A DNA stretch of 32,000 bases. Origin: Bellilinea caldifistulae (lineage in GTDB: Bacteria; Chloroflexota; Anaerolineae; Anaerolineales; Anaerolineaceae). Every line of letters starts with the position of its first letter. Position 1 is the first letter of the stretch. The position numbers and the translations under genes are program-made. The stretch covers positions 1 through 32,000 of the forward strand of contig NZ_LGHJ01000011.1 in assembly GCF_001306055.1 (NCBI RefSeq). The letters are read 5' to 3'. The notes beneath the pieces are model-generated. The model was not told where the DNA came from. It ran no database searches and saw only the letters and a list, made by a program, of their open reading frames with translations. This document shows positions 8,722-17,500 of the stretch, one piece after another.

Positions 8722-9732
8722 ATGTTCATAATTTCACAAATACAGCAGTCAATACCAACGGTTGTTATTCGATTTGCGTTCCGTAACTCAACCATGGCCG
8801 GTCAAATTTTCAAAAATCCTCAAACCAAAATTGCATTTCCAATTCTCCTATTGTTTGGGGTAGTTACATTGTGCTGCGGGTTATTTACAATCGGCAGTGT
8901 CATCTTGCCTGCTCCCAGCCCAACGGCAACCATTACCCCAACATCCACCTCTACTCCCACACCAACCGAAACGAACACACCAACTCCAACCATCACCCCC
9001 ACCCCCACCATTACTCAAACTCCTACGGAGACCCACACCCCAACGATCACACTGACGCCGACCATCACATCTACTCCGACCATCTCACCCACCCCAACGG
9101 TGACTTTGCCCTCAACCTCTTTGAACTGCGTTCCTCAAAACACCAAACGAGAAACGGGCACCGTAACCCGCGTGATCGATGGTGATACAATTGATGTCCG
9201 CATTGGAAACCAGACTTTTCGAGTGCGATACATCGGTATAGATACTCCCGAACGGGGAGATTTCTATTTCTACCAATCCACCGAAGCCAACCGCCGACTG
9301 GTTGAAGGTAAAAAAGTTACCCTTGTGAAGGATGTGTCCGAAGTAGATCGTTATGACCGCCTGTTACGGTATGTCTTCGTGGGAGATGTTTTTGTAAACC
9401 ACGAACTGGTCAGGCAGGGATATGCGTATGCTTACACCTATCCCCCCGATGTTGCCTGCGCCGATATTTTCGTTGCCGCACAACGGGCGGCGCGCGAATT
9501 AGAGCGGGGATTGTGGAAACCAACACCTACCTATGCCCCTCCCCCTGCCGTCCTGCCTCCGGCTGGTGTCAGCAGCGGGAATTGCCATCCGTCCTATCCA
9601 GGTGTTTGTATACCGCCACCGCCTCCGGATTTGGATTGCAAAGATATTCCCTTCCGCCGTTTCAAGGTCTTACCCCCCGACCCGCACCGCTTTGACGGCG
9701 ATAACGATGGCATAGGCTGCGAGTCAAATTAG
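8722..9732 (+). CDS. Membrane-anchored/secreted thermonuclease (SNase) with C-terminal Excalibur Ca-binding domain
   Basis: TM helix (IAFPILLLFGVVTLCCGLFTIGSVIL) and a long TPTPTxT linker. SNase core VIDGDTIDVRIGNQTFRVRYIGIDTPE...DRYDRLLRYVF...GYAY. C-terminal C..YPGVC...DLDCKDI...DGDNDGIGCE (Excalibur). The start could instead be 8794 (MAGQIF). Confidence 0.85.
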   Translation: MFIISQIQQSIPTVVIRFAFRNSTMAGQIFKNPQTKIAFPILLLFGVVTLCCGLFTIGSVILPAPSPTATITPTSTSTPTPTETNTPTPTITPTPTITQTPTETHTPTITLTPTITSTPTISPTPTVTLPSTSLNCVPQNTKRETGTVTRVIDGDTIDVRIGNQTFRVRYIGIDTPERGDFYFYQSTEANRRLVEGKKVTLVKDVSEVDRYDRLLRYVFVGDVFVNHELVRQGYAYAYTYPPDVACADIFVAAQRAARELERGLWKPTPTYAPPPAVLPPAGVSSGNCHPSYPGVCIPPPPPDLDCKDIPFRRFKVLPPDPHRFDGDNDGIGCESN

Positions 9733-9790
9733 TGTTTGGTTTTGGTTGATGTTCTGCTAAAAAACAGATATATTTAAGCCAGACATAAAT

Positions 9791-9886
9791 CAGCCCCACC
9801 GCTGTCTCGGTGAGGCTGAGGTGCAACGCGGTGAAGGCGCGTTGCGGCAAAAACAAGCATAGCAAACTTTTGCCGCCCGCGCAAGT
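9791..9886 (+). repeat. Copy B of the ~95-nt structured intergenic element (upstream of the R-M/HerA operon)
   Basis: See copy A. Copy B also has perfect hairpins GCAACGCG-N7-CGCGTTGC, GGCAAAA-N15-TTTTGCC and GCCCGCGC-N14-GCGCGGGC. Confidence 0.5.
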
Positions 9887-9960
9887 CAACCGCAACGCGC
9901 GGGCGAATCGTTATCGAGTCTTGAATTTCACAAGTCAAATATCTGCACAGGGAACTTCAA

Positions 9961-11904
9961 ATGGAAGAAACAATTACACTGATACCCCCCGGTAAGATTC
10001 AATGTGTTGTTACAGGTAAACTTCGCCCTGATACACCTGAAGAGAATGTCCGGCAACGCATAGCGCGTAGCCTGTTAGAAGACTACGGCTACGATAAATC
10101 AGACATCGAAATTGAATTTACTGTTAATCTGGGAAGCAGCAAAAAGCGCGTGGATATTGCTATCTTTCCGCCACATGTCGAGCATAAACAAGAGAATATC
10201 AAAATCATTGTGGAGTGCAAACGGGAAGAAGTCCGCCCTACCGACCGAGATAACGGTGTAGGGCAACTCAAATCCTATCTTGCTGCCTGCCCTAATGCTC
10301 GCTTTGGGATGTGGATTGGCTCAGAACTCCAGGTCTGGGAGCGGCTGGTTTCGGATGCGGGAGAAGTATCTTTTGCCGAAGCTACTGACATCCCGCGTTT
10401 TGGATACGATGCCCCACAACCCATACGATTTGATGAACTAGTCCCCGCTCATGAAGAATTAATTGCCATATTCAAGCGTTGCCATAACTACATTTACGGA
10501 AATCAGGGATTACAAAAGGAACCCGCTTTTCAGGAATTGCTTAAGCTCATTTTCTGCAAGGTCTATGATGAAGACACTTCTCTCGGTGAAATGCGCTTTT
10601 TCATCGGCAACAATGAACGGCGTTCCGAAATCGGACAAAGGCGGTTGAAGCAGACAATAGATCAGTTGTTTGAAGACGTGAAAAACCGCTATCCGTATAT
10701 CTTTGCCCGAGATGAACAGATTCGCCTTGACAACCGGGTGCTGGCTTATGTTGTCGGCGAACTTCAACGCTACTCACTTCTGCAGACGCTGGCAGATGTT
10801 AAGGGTGCTGCTTATGAACAACTTGTTGGGAGTAATCTGCGCGGTGACAGAGGTGAATTTTTCACGCCGCGTAATGTCTGCGAAATGGCAACGCAAATGG
10901 CGCTGGCAACCTACCCTCGGGATAAATGGCTGAAACTCCGTATTCTTGACCCTGCTTGCGGAACGGGCGGCTTCTTGGTATCAGTAATGAATGTCTGGCG
11001 CGAATACCTCGAAGAAGTTCAGCGGGTGAAATGGAAAGACGAGAGCAAAGCTCTTGAAGAAACTGCCCGGTTGTTGCGAGAAACGGCTAATCAACACCTC
11101 GTAGGCATAGATTTCAACCCTGTTTTGGTACGGGCTGCGCAGATGAATTTAGTCATGCACGGTGACGGTTCGACCAACGTGTATCATGCTAATTCGCTTT
11201 TGCCCCCCGGAGAGTGGATAGCCGAAGTCGCAAAGCATATTCAACTTGGCACGTTCGATATTGTTATCACCAATCCACCCTTTGGCTCGAAGATCCCAAT
11301 TGATGATCCACATATCCTAGCACAATTTGAGTTGTCGACATTCGAAATGCAAAATGGAACACACCGCGCATCCATGCCACCAGAGCAGCTGTTTATCGAA
11401 CGCTGTCTACAATTTTTAAAACCCGGTGGACGCTTGGCAATCGTACTCCCCGATAGTATTCTCTCCAATCCCGGATTAGCGTTCATCCGCCGCTGGATTC
11501 TTCGGCGGGCCCGGATAATCGCCAGCATAGACCTGCCACAAGCAACTTTTGAACCCTATACAGGCACGCAAACCAGTGTATTACTGCTGCAAAAAAAGAC
11601 GGAAGAGGAAATACGAATTGAGCAGCAAGCAGGCAAGCCATTTGATTACGAGATTTTTATGGCTACACCTGAATTCGTTGGACATGACCGACGCGGCGAG
11701 ACCATTTATTTACGAACCCCTGAAGGCGAACTCATTCAATATGACGGCATTGCTAAGTTTGTCCGTCGCAATCCAAACGGCAAACTGATCACCGAACAAC
11801 GCCAGCAGAAAATGCGTGAAAAGTTTGACCAACTGCCTGAAGTGGTGCGCTACTTCACCGAATGGGTTTCCAAACCTGAACGAATGAGGTGGCTCAATGG
11901 ATGA
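9961..11904 (+). CDS. Fused PD-(D/E)xK nuclease-like domain + gamma-class N6-adenine DNA methyltransferase (type IIB/BcgI-A-like or HsdM-like)
   Basis: N-terminus: KKRVDIAIF...IKIIVECKRE, a D...E-x-K nuclease motif of the HSDR_N type. Methyltransferase motif I ILDPACGTGGFLV and motif IV DIVITNPPFGSKI. Its last 8 nt overlap the S-subunit start. Confidence 0.85.
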   Translation: MEETITLIPPGKIQCVVTGKLRPDTPEENVRQRIARSLLEDYGYDKSDIEIEFTVNLGSSKKRVDIAIFPPHVEHKQENIKIIVECKREEVRPTDRDNGVGQLKSYLAACPNARFGMWIGSELQVWERLVSDAGEVSFAEATDIPRFGYDAPQPIRFDELVPAHEELIAIFKRCHNYIYGNQGLQKEPAFQELLKLIFCKVYDEDTSLGEMRFFIGNNERRSEIGQRRLKQTIDQLFEDVKNRYPYIFARDEQIRLDNRVLAYVVGELQRYSLLQTLADVKGAAYEQLVGSNLRGDRGEFFTPRNVCEMATQMALATYPRDKWLKLRILDPACGTGGFLVSVMNVWREYLEEVQRVKWKDESKALEETARLLRETANQHLVGIDFNPVLVRAAQMNLVMHGDGSTNVYHANSLLPPGEWIAEVAKHIQLGTFDIVITNPPFGSKIPIDDPHILAQFELSTFEMQNGTHRASMPPEQLFIERCLQFLKPGGRLAIVLPDSILSNPGLAFIRRWILRRARIIASIDLPQATFEPYTGTQTSVLLLQKKTEEEIRIEQQAGKPFDYEIFMATPEFVGHDRRGETIYLRTPEGELIQYDGIAKFVRRNPNGKLITEQRQQKMREKFDQLPEVVRYFTEWVSKPERMRWLNG

Positions 11905-13393
11905 GAGAAACGTGCCTATTATCACCCGGGAAGAACTCCGACAGCAATTTATCGAATTGGGGTGGTGGATTTCAATCCCCCTGACTACCGTCCCTGCGCA
12001 CTGGTTGAATCAGGGGGAAAACAGGCTAGACGCAAACTATTATGCCCAGGAAGGCCAATCAGTCTTTAGGATTGTTGCTGATAGTGGATTCCCTTTGAAG
12101 CAATTAGGGGAAATAGCAAAGGCAATATGGTATCCGTCAAGGTTCAAAAGGACGCGAACCGATAGCACAAAAGGGATCCCATTCATTGGCGCTACAGAGA
12201 TCATTCAGTATAGACCGGAGACGAAATACTACATTTCCCCAAACTCAAACACCGAAATAGAAAACCTTATAGCCAAAGAAAACTCCATTTTTGTTACGCG
12301 CTCTGGGTCGGTTGGCAGAATCTCATTTTTCAGTAAAAGACTGCAAGGTAAAGCATTAAGTGAACATGTTATCAGAGTAGAGGTGGATGAAGAATCAGGA
12401 TACGTATATGCTTTTCTGTCTAGTTCTATTGGGCAGGGTTTAATACTACGGAGTGTATTTGGTTCATCCGTTTCTGAGATTGAACCCCACCATCTAGCAA
12501 GTGTCCCTGTACCACTTCCGTCCAAAGACGTTCAGTTAGAAATCCACAATCAGATCATGCGGGCATATGCCCTGCGCGACGAGGCCAATGACTTGCTGGA
12601 TGAAGCTGACAGTCTCTTACACGAGAAGTTAGGGCTGCCTATCTTCGATGAAAGCCTTGTACCCTACCTGCCCGCGCCGACTGCGCCACGCCTGCCTACT
12701 AACCGCCCCGAAATTCCCCATCCCAAAGCGTTTAGCATTTGGGCTTCTGAACTGTCAGATCGTTTTGACGCTTCGTTTCACGTGCCGGTTGCGAGAACGG
12801 TGGTCAAACTTCTGCACGAAGGGAACTTTGCGCCCGTGCAACTGGAAAGCATTGCATCTCACATTTTTATTCCCCCACGTTTCAAGCGTATTTACGTACC
12901 TAAAGAATACGGCGTTCCTTTTCTGCAAGGGTCACATCTGCCACAAATGCGCCCGTATGATCTGAAATACGTCTCGCTAAAAGTAAATGCAAAGCATATT
13001 GACAAATGTCTGATTAGGATTGGATATGTGTTGGCTACTCGTTCTGGTACCATCGGACGGATAGGGTTGGTGTCCTCATATATGGACAAGTGGGCAGCCT
13101 CCGAACACTTGTTGCGCATTGTGCCTGATAACAGCAGGGGACATCCGGGCTATATTGCCGCCTTTTTGATGACGCCTTACGGGCAGCATCAATTGACGGC
13201 AAAAATTTATGGCGGTGTTGTAGATGAATTGACTGAAAGTGATACCGGTGAAGTATGGATACCCAACGCTCCGATGGAGATTCAACAAGAAATTGGTGAG
13301 AAGGTGGTTCAAGCCTTTGAAAAAAAGGATGAAGCCAACGTCATAGAAGAAGCGGCCATCCGTAAGGTTGAAAAATTACTAGAAAATGGCTAA
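11897..13393 (+). CDS. hsdS: Restriction-modification specificity subunit (HsdS-like, two target-recognition domains)
   Basis: Two internally repeated TRD halves: ...FVTRSGSVGRISFFS...SEHVIRVEV...YVYAFLSS..G and ...VLATRSGTIGRIGLVS...SEHLLRIVP...YIAAFLMTPYG. Each is followed by a conserved coiled-coil spacer (RDEANDLLDEA / KKDEANVIEEA). Confidence 0.85.
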   Translation: MDERNVPIITREELRQQFIELGWWISIPLTTVPAHWLNQGENRLDANYYAQEGQSVFRIVADSGFPLKQLGEIAKAIWYPSRFKRTRTDSTKGIPFIGATEIIQYRPETKYYISPNSNTEIENLIAKENSIFVTRSGSVGRISFFSKRLQGKALSEHVIRVEVDEESGYVYAFLSSSIGQGLILRSVFGSSVSEIEPHHLASVPVPLPSKDVQLEIHNQIMRAYALRDEANDLLDEADSLLHEKLGLPIFDESLVPYLPAPTAPRLPTNRPEIPHPKAFSIWASELSDRFDASFHVPVARTVVKLLHEGNFAPVQLESIASHIFIPPRFKRIYVPKEYGVPFLQGSHLPQMRPYDLKYVSLKVNAKHIDKCLIRIGYVLATRSGTIGRIGLVSSYMDKWAASEHLLRIVPDNSRGHPGYIAAFLMTPYGQHQLTAKIYGGVVDELTESDTGEVWIPNAPMEIQQEIGEKVVQAFEKKDEANVIEEAAIRKVEKLLENG

Positions 13394-13420
13394 ACCCTTT
13401 TGGAATCGTGCGACTTAGGT

Positions 13421-14320
13421 ATGAAAAATCGCCCTTACTACTCAATCCGAACGGGTAAACACCCTCACACAAAATACAACCTTGATTTGTTAAGGCGGTT
13501 GTTTATAGAGGTGTATCGTAAATTCGAATGGGATGAGTACTTTCAAGAAGCATTTGGATATAGATGTGTGGATGCTTACAATGGTTGGGTATCAGGCAAT
13601 CTAGGTAGGGACATTGAGGCCATAGTTTTTTTGCATCTTAGAAAAGACTCGCTCTGGCCAATTGAGGAAAACTACATCCACTACTCCGAAGAAGACTTAT
13701 TTGATGTGATTGAGTTTTTATATGATAACGTTTCTAAGCCTGTTGATGGCTTTTATCACGACTACAATAACTGCGGTTGGCATTATAGTTCCTTTGATCA
13801 GAACGCCGGTAAGAAAGAGTTTCGGGAAGCGATTAACTCCATCCTAAAAGATTATAAAAGTGGATATGAGCTCAGTACAGAAGGGGAAATTCTTTCATTG
13901 CCCCAGCACGGATTAGAAGCGTTATTTGAGTCCGAATTACCTCATTATGAATCTGATAATGTTGAAAAGCGATTGGAAACAGCAATAGAAAAGTTCAGAC
14001 GCTATCATGCCACCTGGGATGAAAAAAGAGATGCAATTCGAGACTTAGCAGATGTATTAGAGTACCTTCGCCCGAGATTAAAAGAGGTTCTGAGTTCAAA
14101 AGACGAGAATGATTTGTTCAACCTCGCGAATAATTTTGGTATCCGTCATCATAATGCAAATCAAAAGACCGACTATGATAAAGAGATTTGGTATCCTTGG
14201 TTATTCTACTATTACCTCGCCACAATCCGGGCTTGTATTAGCCTGCTTAGCAAAGCGGGAAATGAAACATCAGAAAAGAGTATGAATGAAGTCTCTACGG
14301 ATGACGGTATTTACTTCTAA
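13421..14320 (+). CDS. Hypothetical protein (299 aa), no domain recognised
   Basis: The ORF track starts at a TTG (13400); I prefer the ATG at 13421 (MKNRPYYSIRTGKHP). Trp/Tyr-rich N-terminal half and a helical, charged C-terminal half. It lies 28 nt after hsdS and 45 nt before the ATPase gene. Confidence 0.6.
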   Translation: MKNRPYYSIRTGKHPHTKYNLDLLRRLFIEVYRKFEWDEYFQEAFGYRCVDAYNGWVSGNLGRDIEAIVFLHLRKDSLWPIEENYIHYSEEDLFDVIEFLYDNVSKPVDGFYHDYNNCGWHYSSFDQNAGKKEFREAINSILKDYKSGYELSTEGEILSLPQHGLEALFESELPHYESDNVEKRLETAIEKFRRYHATWDEKRDAIRDLADVLEYLRPRLKEVLSSKDENDLFNLANNFGIRHHNANQKTDYDKEIWYPWLFYYYLATIRACISLLSKAGNETSEKSMNEVSTDDGIYF

Positions 14321-14364
14321 AAGAGGAAATTTCAAAGTAATTATACGAACAGGAGGATGATGCG

Positions 14365-16071
14365 ATGATCATCGTATTAACAGACCGTCCGGGAAGAGAG
14401 GGGCTGTATGTCACTGCTGTAAAGCAAGAAGGTAGCAGTGATCTCCAATTGTATGATTACGTGCGGATTACTCCCCCAAACACTTCTTATCAAACACCTG
14501 AAAGCAAACGAGAATGGATTGGTCAGATCACACGACCCAATCTCAATGTTTCTATGGTAACCGATAATCCCTTTGATCCATCACTCATTCACGCATTGTA
14601 TCTAACCCAATCCCGATCTGATACGATGATTGAGATGGCCAAAACCATCGAAACTTGGGAAATTCATTTGCTGGGTGAATACGATGGTCATCGCTTAACG
14701 ACTCTGCGGCGCAGGCCGCAACCGGGTTCACGAGTAGAACGATTGGATAGAGAAACCACCCTAAAAGTCCTCGAACTTCCAAAGTACGATGAAAAACAAG
14801 TGAATGCTATTGGCTACTTACTCAATGCGGATGATGTCCCGCTTTGTGTTAACAAAAGTATTTTTCGACATCACATGATGATTAGTGGCGGTACTGGTTC
14901 AGGCAAGTCCAATACCGGTGCCAATTTGGTTTATCAAGCTGCCAGAATAGGCTTCACTGTCTTTCTATATGATGCAAAGCCTGATTACACACTAATTGAT
15001 AAGCCTAATTCAGATGAAAGCGTCAAAGATGTTTGGGATGAAATGAAAAAATACGGCCTGCAGCCCTTTGGAGCTGACAATCTGGTTCGGGTAGCAATCT
15101 ATGGAATCGGTCGCGCCAAGAATCTACACTACAAAGGGTATCAAGCAATTTTAAGTTTCCGCGCTTCTGATTTTGACGCAGAATGGTTGGGATCTTTGTT
15201 CTTTACCGGTAAAGCAGACTATAACCAATATGAAGAATTTGTCAGCGTTTGTAAGGAACTTCGTGAAACCAAAAGAGAGTACAGCCTGAAGGATGTTTTA
15301 GATGTGATTCGTCAACGAAGTGATGGAGACAAAAAGGAAGAAGAGGAAGGGAAGAAAAATTCCAAAAAATCTGAGCGAACCGTTCACAAACAAACAGCAG
15401 ATGCGATCATCCGCAAGGTAGAACGGAAACAAAAAACAATGCCTTGGTTGGACTCGCTAAATCAAGAAGTGAGCGAAGTAACAGAGAAACAAACTCAATT
15501 GCCCTTTGAACAAACGACCGGACTAGCAACAAAACTCAAAACGCAGCCCTATAGGGTAGACAATTTTATCAGCAAAGGCAAGATTGTCTATATTGATCTT
15601 GCTGACGTAGATGCCGACAGTTATGCGCTATTTTTGGGATATTTCTTTCGCGAAAATCAACGATACTTATCTCAAAATCCGCAATTTCGCTCTTTAGGGA
15701 TACTGGAATTCGCTGATGAAGCGCATCGTATCTTTACGAATGACACGCGATACAGCGATTTGCTCGAATTTGAATTCAATCGTACAATGATGGAAGGAAG
15801 ATCGTTAGGACATGGTGTCATTATCAGTTTACAAAACGCCAGTCAGGTCCCATCTAGTATTCTTAACAACATCAATTCTCATATTGTGATGAGACAAAAC
15901 AATCGAGAAGTGGCGAAATTTGCCACACAGACTATGGGAGTTGACTTTGCCGATCAATCAATCAGTCTAGCACCTGGGCAAGCATTATGTCGGATGTTTG
16001 GCTCTACCGCAACAGTTTTAGCCCAAATGGCTCCATCTCCCTATGAATTGGAGAGAAGCGATAATGTTTGA
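14365..16071 (+). CDS. HerA/FtsK-superfamily (DUF87-like) ATPase with N-terminal HAS-barrel-like domain
   Basis: Walker A HHMMISGGTGSGKSNTGANLV. Walker B GILEFADEAHRIF. Sensor-like VIISLQNASQ. The N-terminal ~150 aa has a beta-barrel-like pattern. There is an inserted Lys/Glu-rich segment (DGDKKEEEEGKKNSKKSE). Confidence 0.8.
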   Translation: MIIVLTDRPGREGLYVTAVKQEGSSDLQLYDYVRITPPNTSYQTPESKREWIGQITRPNLNVSMVTDNPFDPSLIHALYLTQSRSDTMIEMAKTIETWEIHLLGEYDGHRLTTLRRRPQPGSRVERLDRETTLKVLELPKYDEKQVNAIGYLLNADDVPLCVNKSIFRHHMMISGGTGSGKSNTGANLVYQAARIGFTVFLYDAKPDYTLIDKPNSDESVKDVWDEMKKYGLQPFGADNLVRVAIYGIGRAKNLHYKGYQAILSFRASDFDAEWLGSLFFTGKADYNQYEEFVSVCKELRETKREYSLKDVLDVIRQRSDGDKKEEEEGKKNSKKSERTVHKQTADAIIRKVERKQKTMPWLDSLNQEVSEVTEKQTQLPFEQTTGLATKLKTQPYRVDNFISKGKIVYIDLADVDADSYALFLGYFFRENQRYLSQNPQFRSLGILEFADEAHRIFTNDTRYSDLLEFEFNRTMMEGRSLGHGVIISLQNASQVPSSILNNINSHIVMRQNNREVAKFATQTMGVDFADQSISLAPGQALCRMFGSTATVLAQMAPSPYELERSDNV

Positions 16072-17500
16072 GAGGCAGATTGTCCCGATAACAAATATCC
16101 GTCTAAATGGTCATTTGCGCACTCCAGAGGCAAGCAAGATCGAAGAAATTGCTGAAAGTATCGCAAAAGTCGGTCTTTTGCATCCCTTAGTCTTGTCAAG
16201 CGATTATTATCTCTTGAGCGGATTACACCGTTTGGAAGCCTTGAAACTGCTAGGGTGGCAGGAAGTTGAATGCAAAATAGCTCCTTTTCCTCACGAAAGC
16301 CCCGAGGCATCTCTCTGTGCCCTGGATGAAAATCTCATGCGTCATTCGTTGACTGCCCTTGAACAAGCGGAGTATCTGCTCAAACGAGATGAGCTCTTAC
16401 GGGCTTTGGGAATGCGCTCTGGGCATGGCGGACAAATCTCTAATCAGAATGCGAGGAAGAACAGCCAAAACGAACCGGCAAATTTTGCCGCTTCGTTTTT
16501 CTCTTCCCAAGACCTGGCCCGAGAAATAGGAATTTCGGAAAGGACATATCGAGATCGTATATCGATTGCACGCAAGCTCAGCCTTGAGGAACGCAATTTG
16601 ATTCGAACAACACCCCTTGCAGACAAACCCGCTTTGTTACTTGAAATTTCCCGCATCCAAGACCCGCAGCGAAGACGAGCTGTTATCGAGATGATGTCGA
16701 AACAGACATCAAATTTATCTGTCCGAGAAGTGATACGCCAATATCGCATCCAAAAAGGCGAAATTCAAGCGGAACTTGACATCATCAAACCATCAAATTG
16801 GTGGACTTTCGGACGTCCCAAATGGCTGCAAGAACAGTTTCCGGGCAGCATCCCCGGCGAGATTTATGCCAATGCACTGTATTATTTTGCCCCCGAGCAG
16901 GGAATTGCTGCTGACGGGATGGCTGGAAGCGGAATGTTACGGCGGGTTTATACGGATCGACATCTTTGGCAAAAAAACCGACAATTGAACTTGGAAATCC
17001 ACCTTTTTGACCTTTTCCCAAAGCAACCGTGGGCTAGCAAATACAGCATTCAAAAACATGACATGACTAAACCGCTTCCTATTCAGGTGGATTGGCTTTT
17101 CATAGACCCGCCCTATTTTCGTACTGCTACAAACTTTTTAGAAGGTGAATTAGCCAAAACGCAAGATTACAACCGATATCGGTCAATAATGAGACAGGTG
17201 ATTGAAGCCGGGCGGGATTCCCTGCGCCCAGGTGGTATCTTCTGCTTGTTGATTGTACCTTATACGAATATCAACGACCCTGAAAATCCTTTTATCGATA
17301 TCCCAGCAGATATGTATCAACTGGGAATTGAAAGCGGCTTCAAAGTTATTTTTCGAGCATATGTTAGCCGTGGTGAACAGCAACGGCGGGCGGCCGGAAT
17401 GATGAACCTCAAAGCAAAGCGTTTGCGGAAAATGTTCGGGGATGTGTGCGAATTGCTCGTGTTTCGGAGAGAGGAGAGAAGTGATGTCCAACCGCTTTGA
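16064..17500 (+). CDS. ParB/Srx-like N-terminal domain fused to an amino (N6A/N4C) DNA methyltransferase
   Basis: Start chosen at MFERQIVPI (ATGTTTGA overlap with the herA-like stop). ParB motif LLHPLVLSSDYYLLSGLHRLEALKLLG. C-terminal AdoMet motif AADGMAGSGM, acidic HLFDL, and catalytic WLFIDPPYF. Confidence 0.8.
   Translation: MFERQIVPITNIRLNGHLRTPEASKIEEIAESIAKVGLLHPLVLSSDYYLLSGLHRLEALKLLGWQEVECKIAPFPHESPEASLCALDENLMRHSLTALEQAEYLLKRDELLRALGMRSGHGGQISNQNARKNSQNEPANFAASFFSSQDLAREIGISERTYRDRISIARKLSLEERNLIRTTPLADKPALLLEISRIQDPQRRRAVIEMMSKQTSNLSVREVIRQYRIQKGEIQAELDIIKPSNWWTFGRPKWLQEQFPGSIPGEIYANALYYFAPEQGIAADGMAGSGMLRRVYTDRHLWQKNRQLNLEIHLFDLFPKQPWASKYSIQKHDMTKPLPIQVDWLFIDPPYFRTATNFLEGELAKTQDYNRYRSIMRQVIEAGRDSLRPGGIFCLLIVPYTNINDPENPFIDIPADMYQLGIESGFKVIFRAYVSRGEQQRRAAGMMNLKAKRLRKMFGDVCELLVFRREERSDVQPL

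Noticed and set aside
8925-9115. Apparent short tandem DNA repeats (ACNCCNAC periodicity); the same pattern occurs at about 5690-5800 on the other strand.
   Set aside because: They are in-frame Pro/Thr-rich linkers (TPTPTITPTPT...) inside the nuclease and WD40 lipoprotein ORFs. They are not a CRISPR array or non-coding satellite: there is no repeat-spacer regularity.
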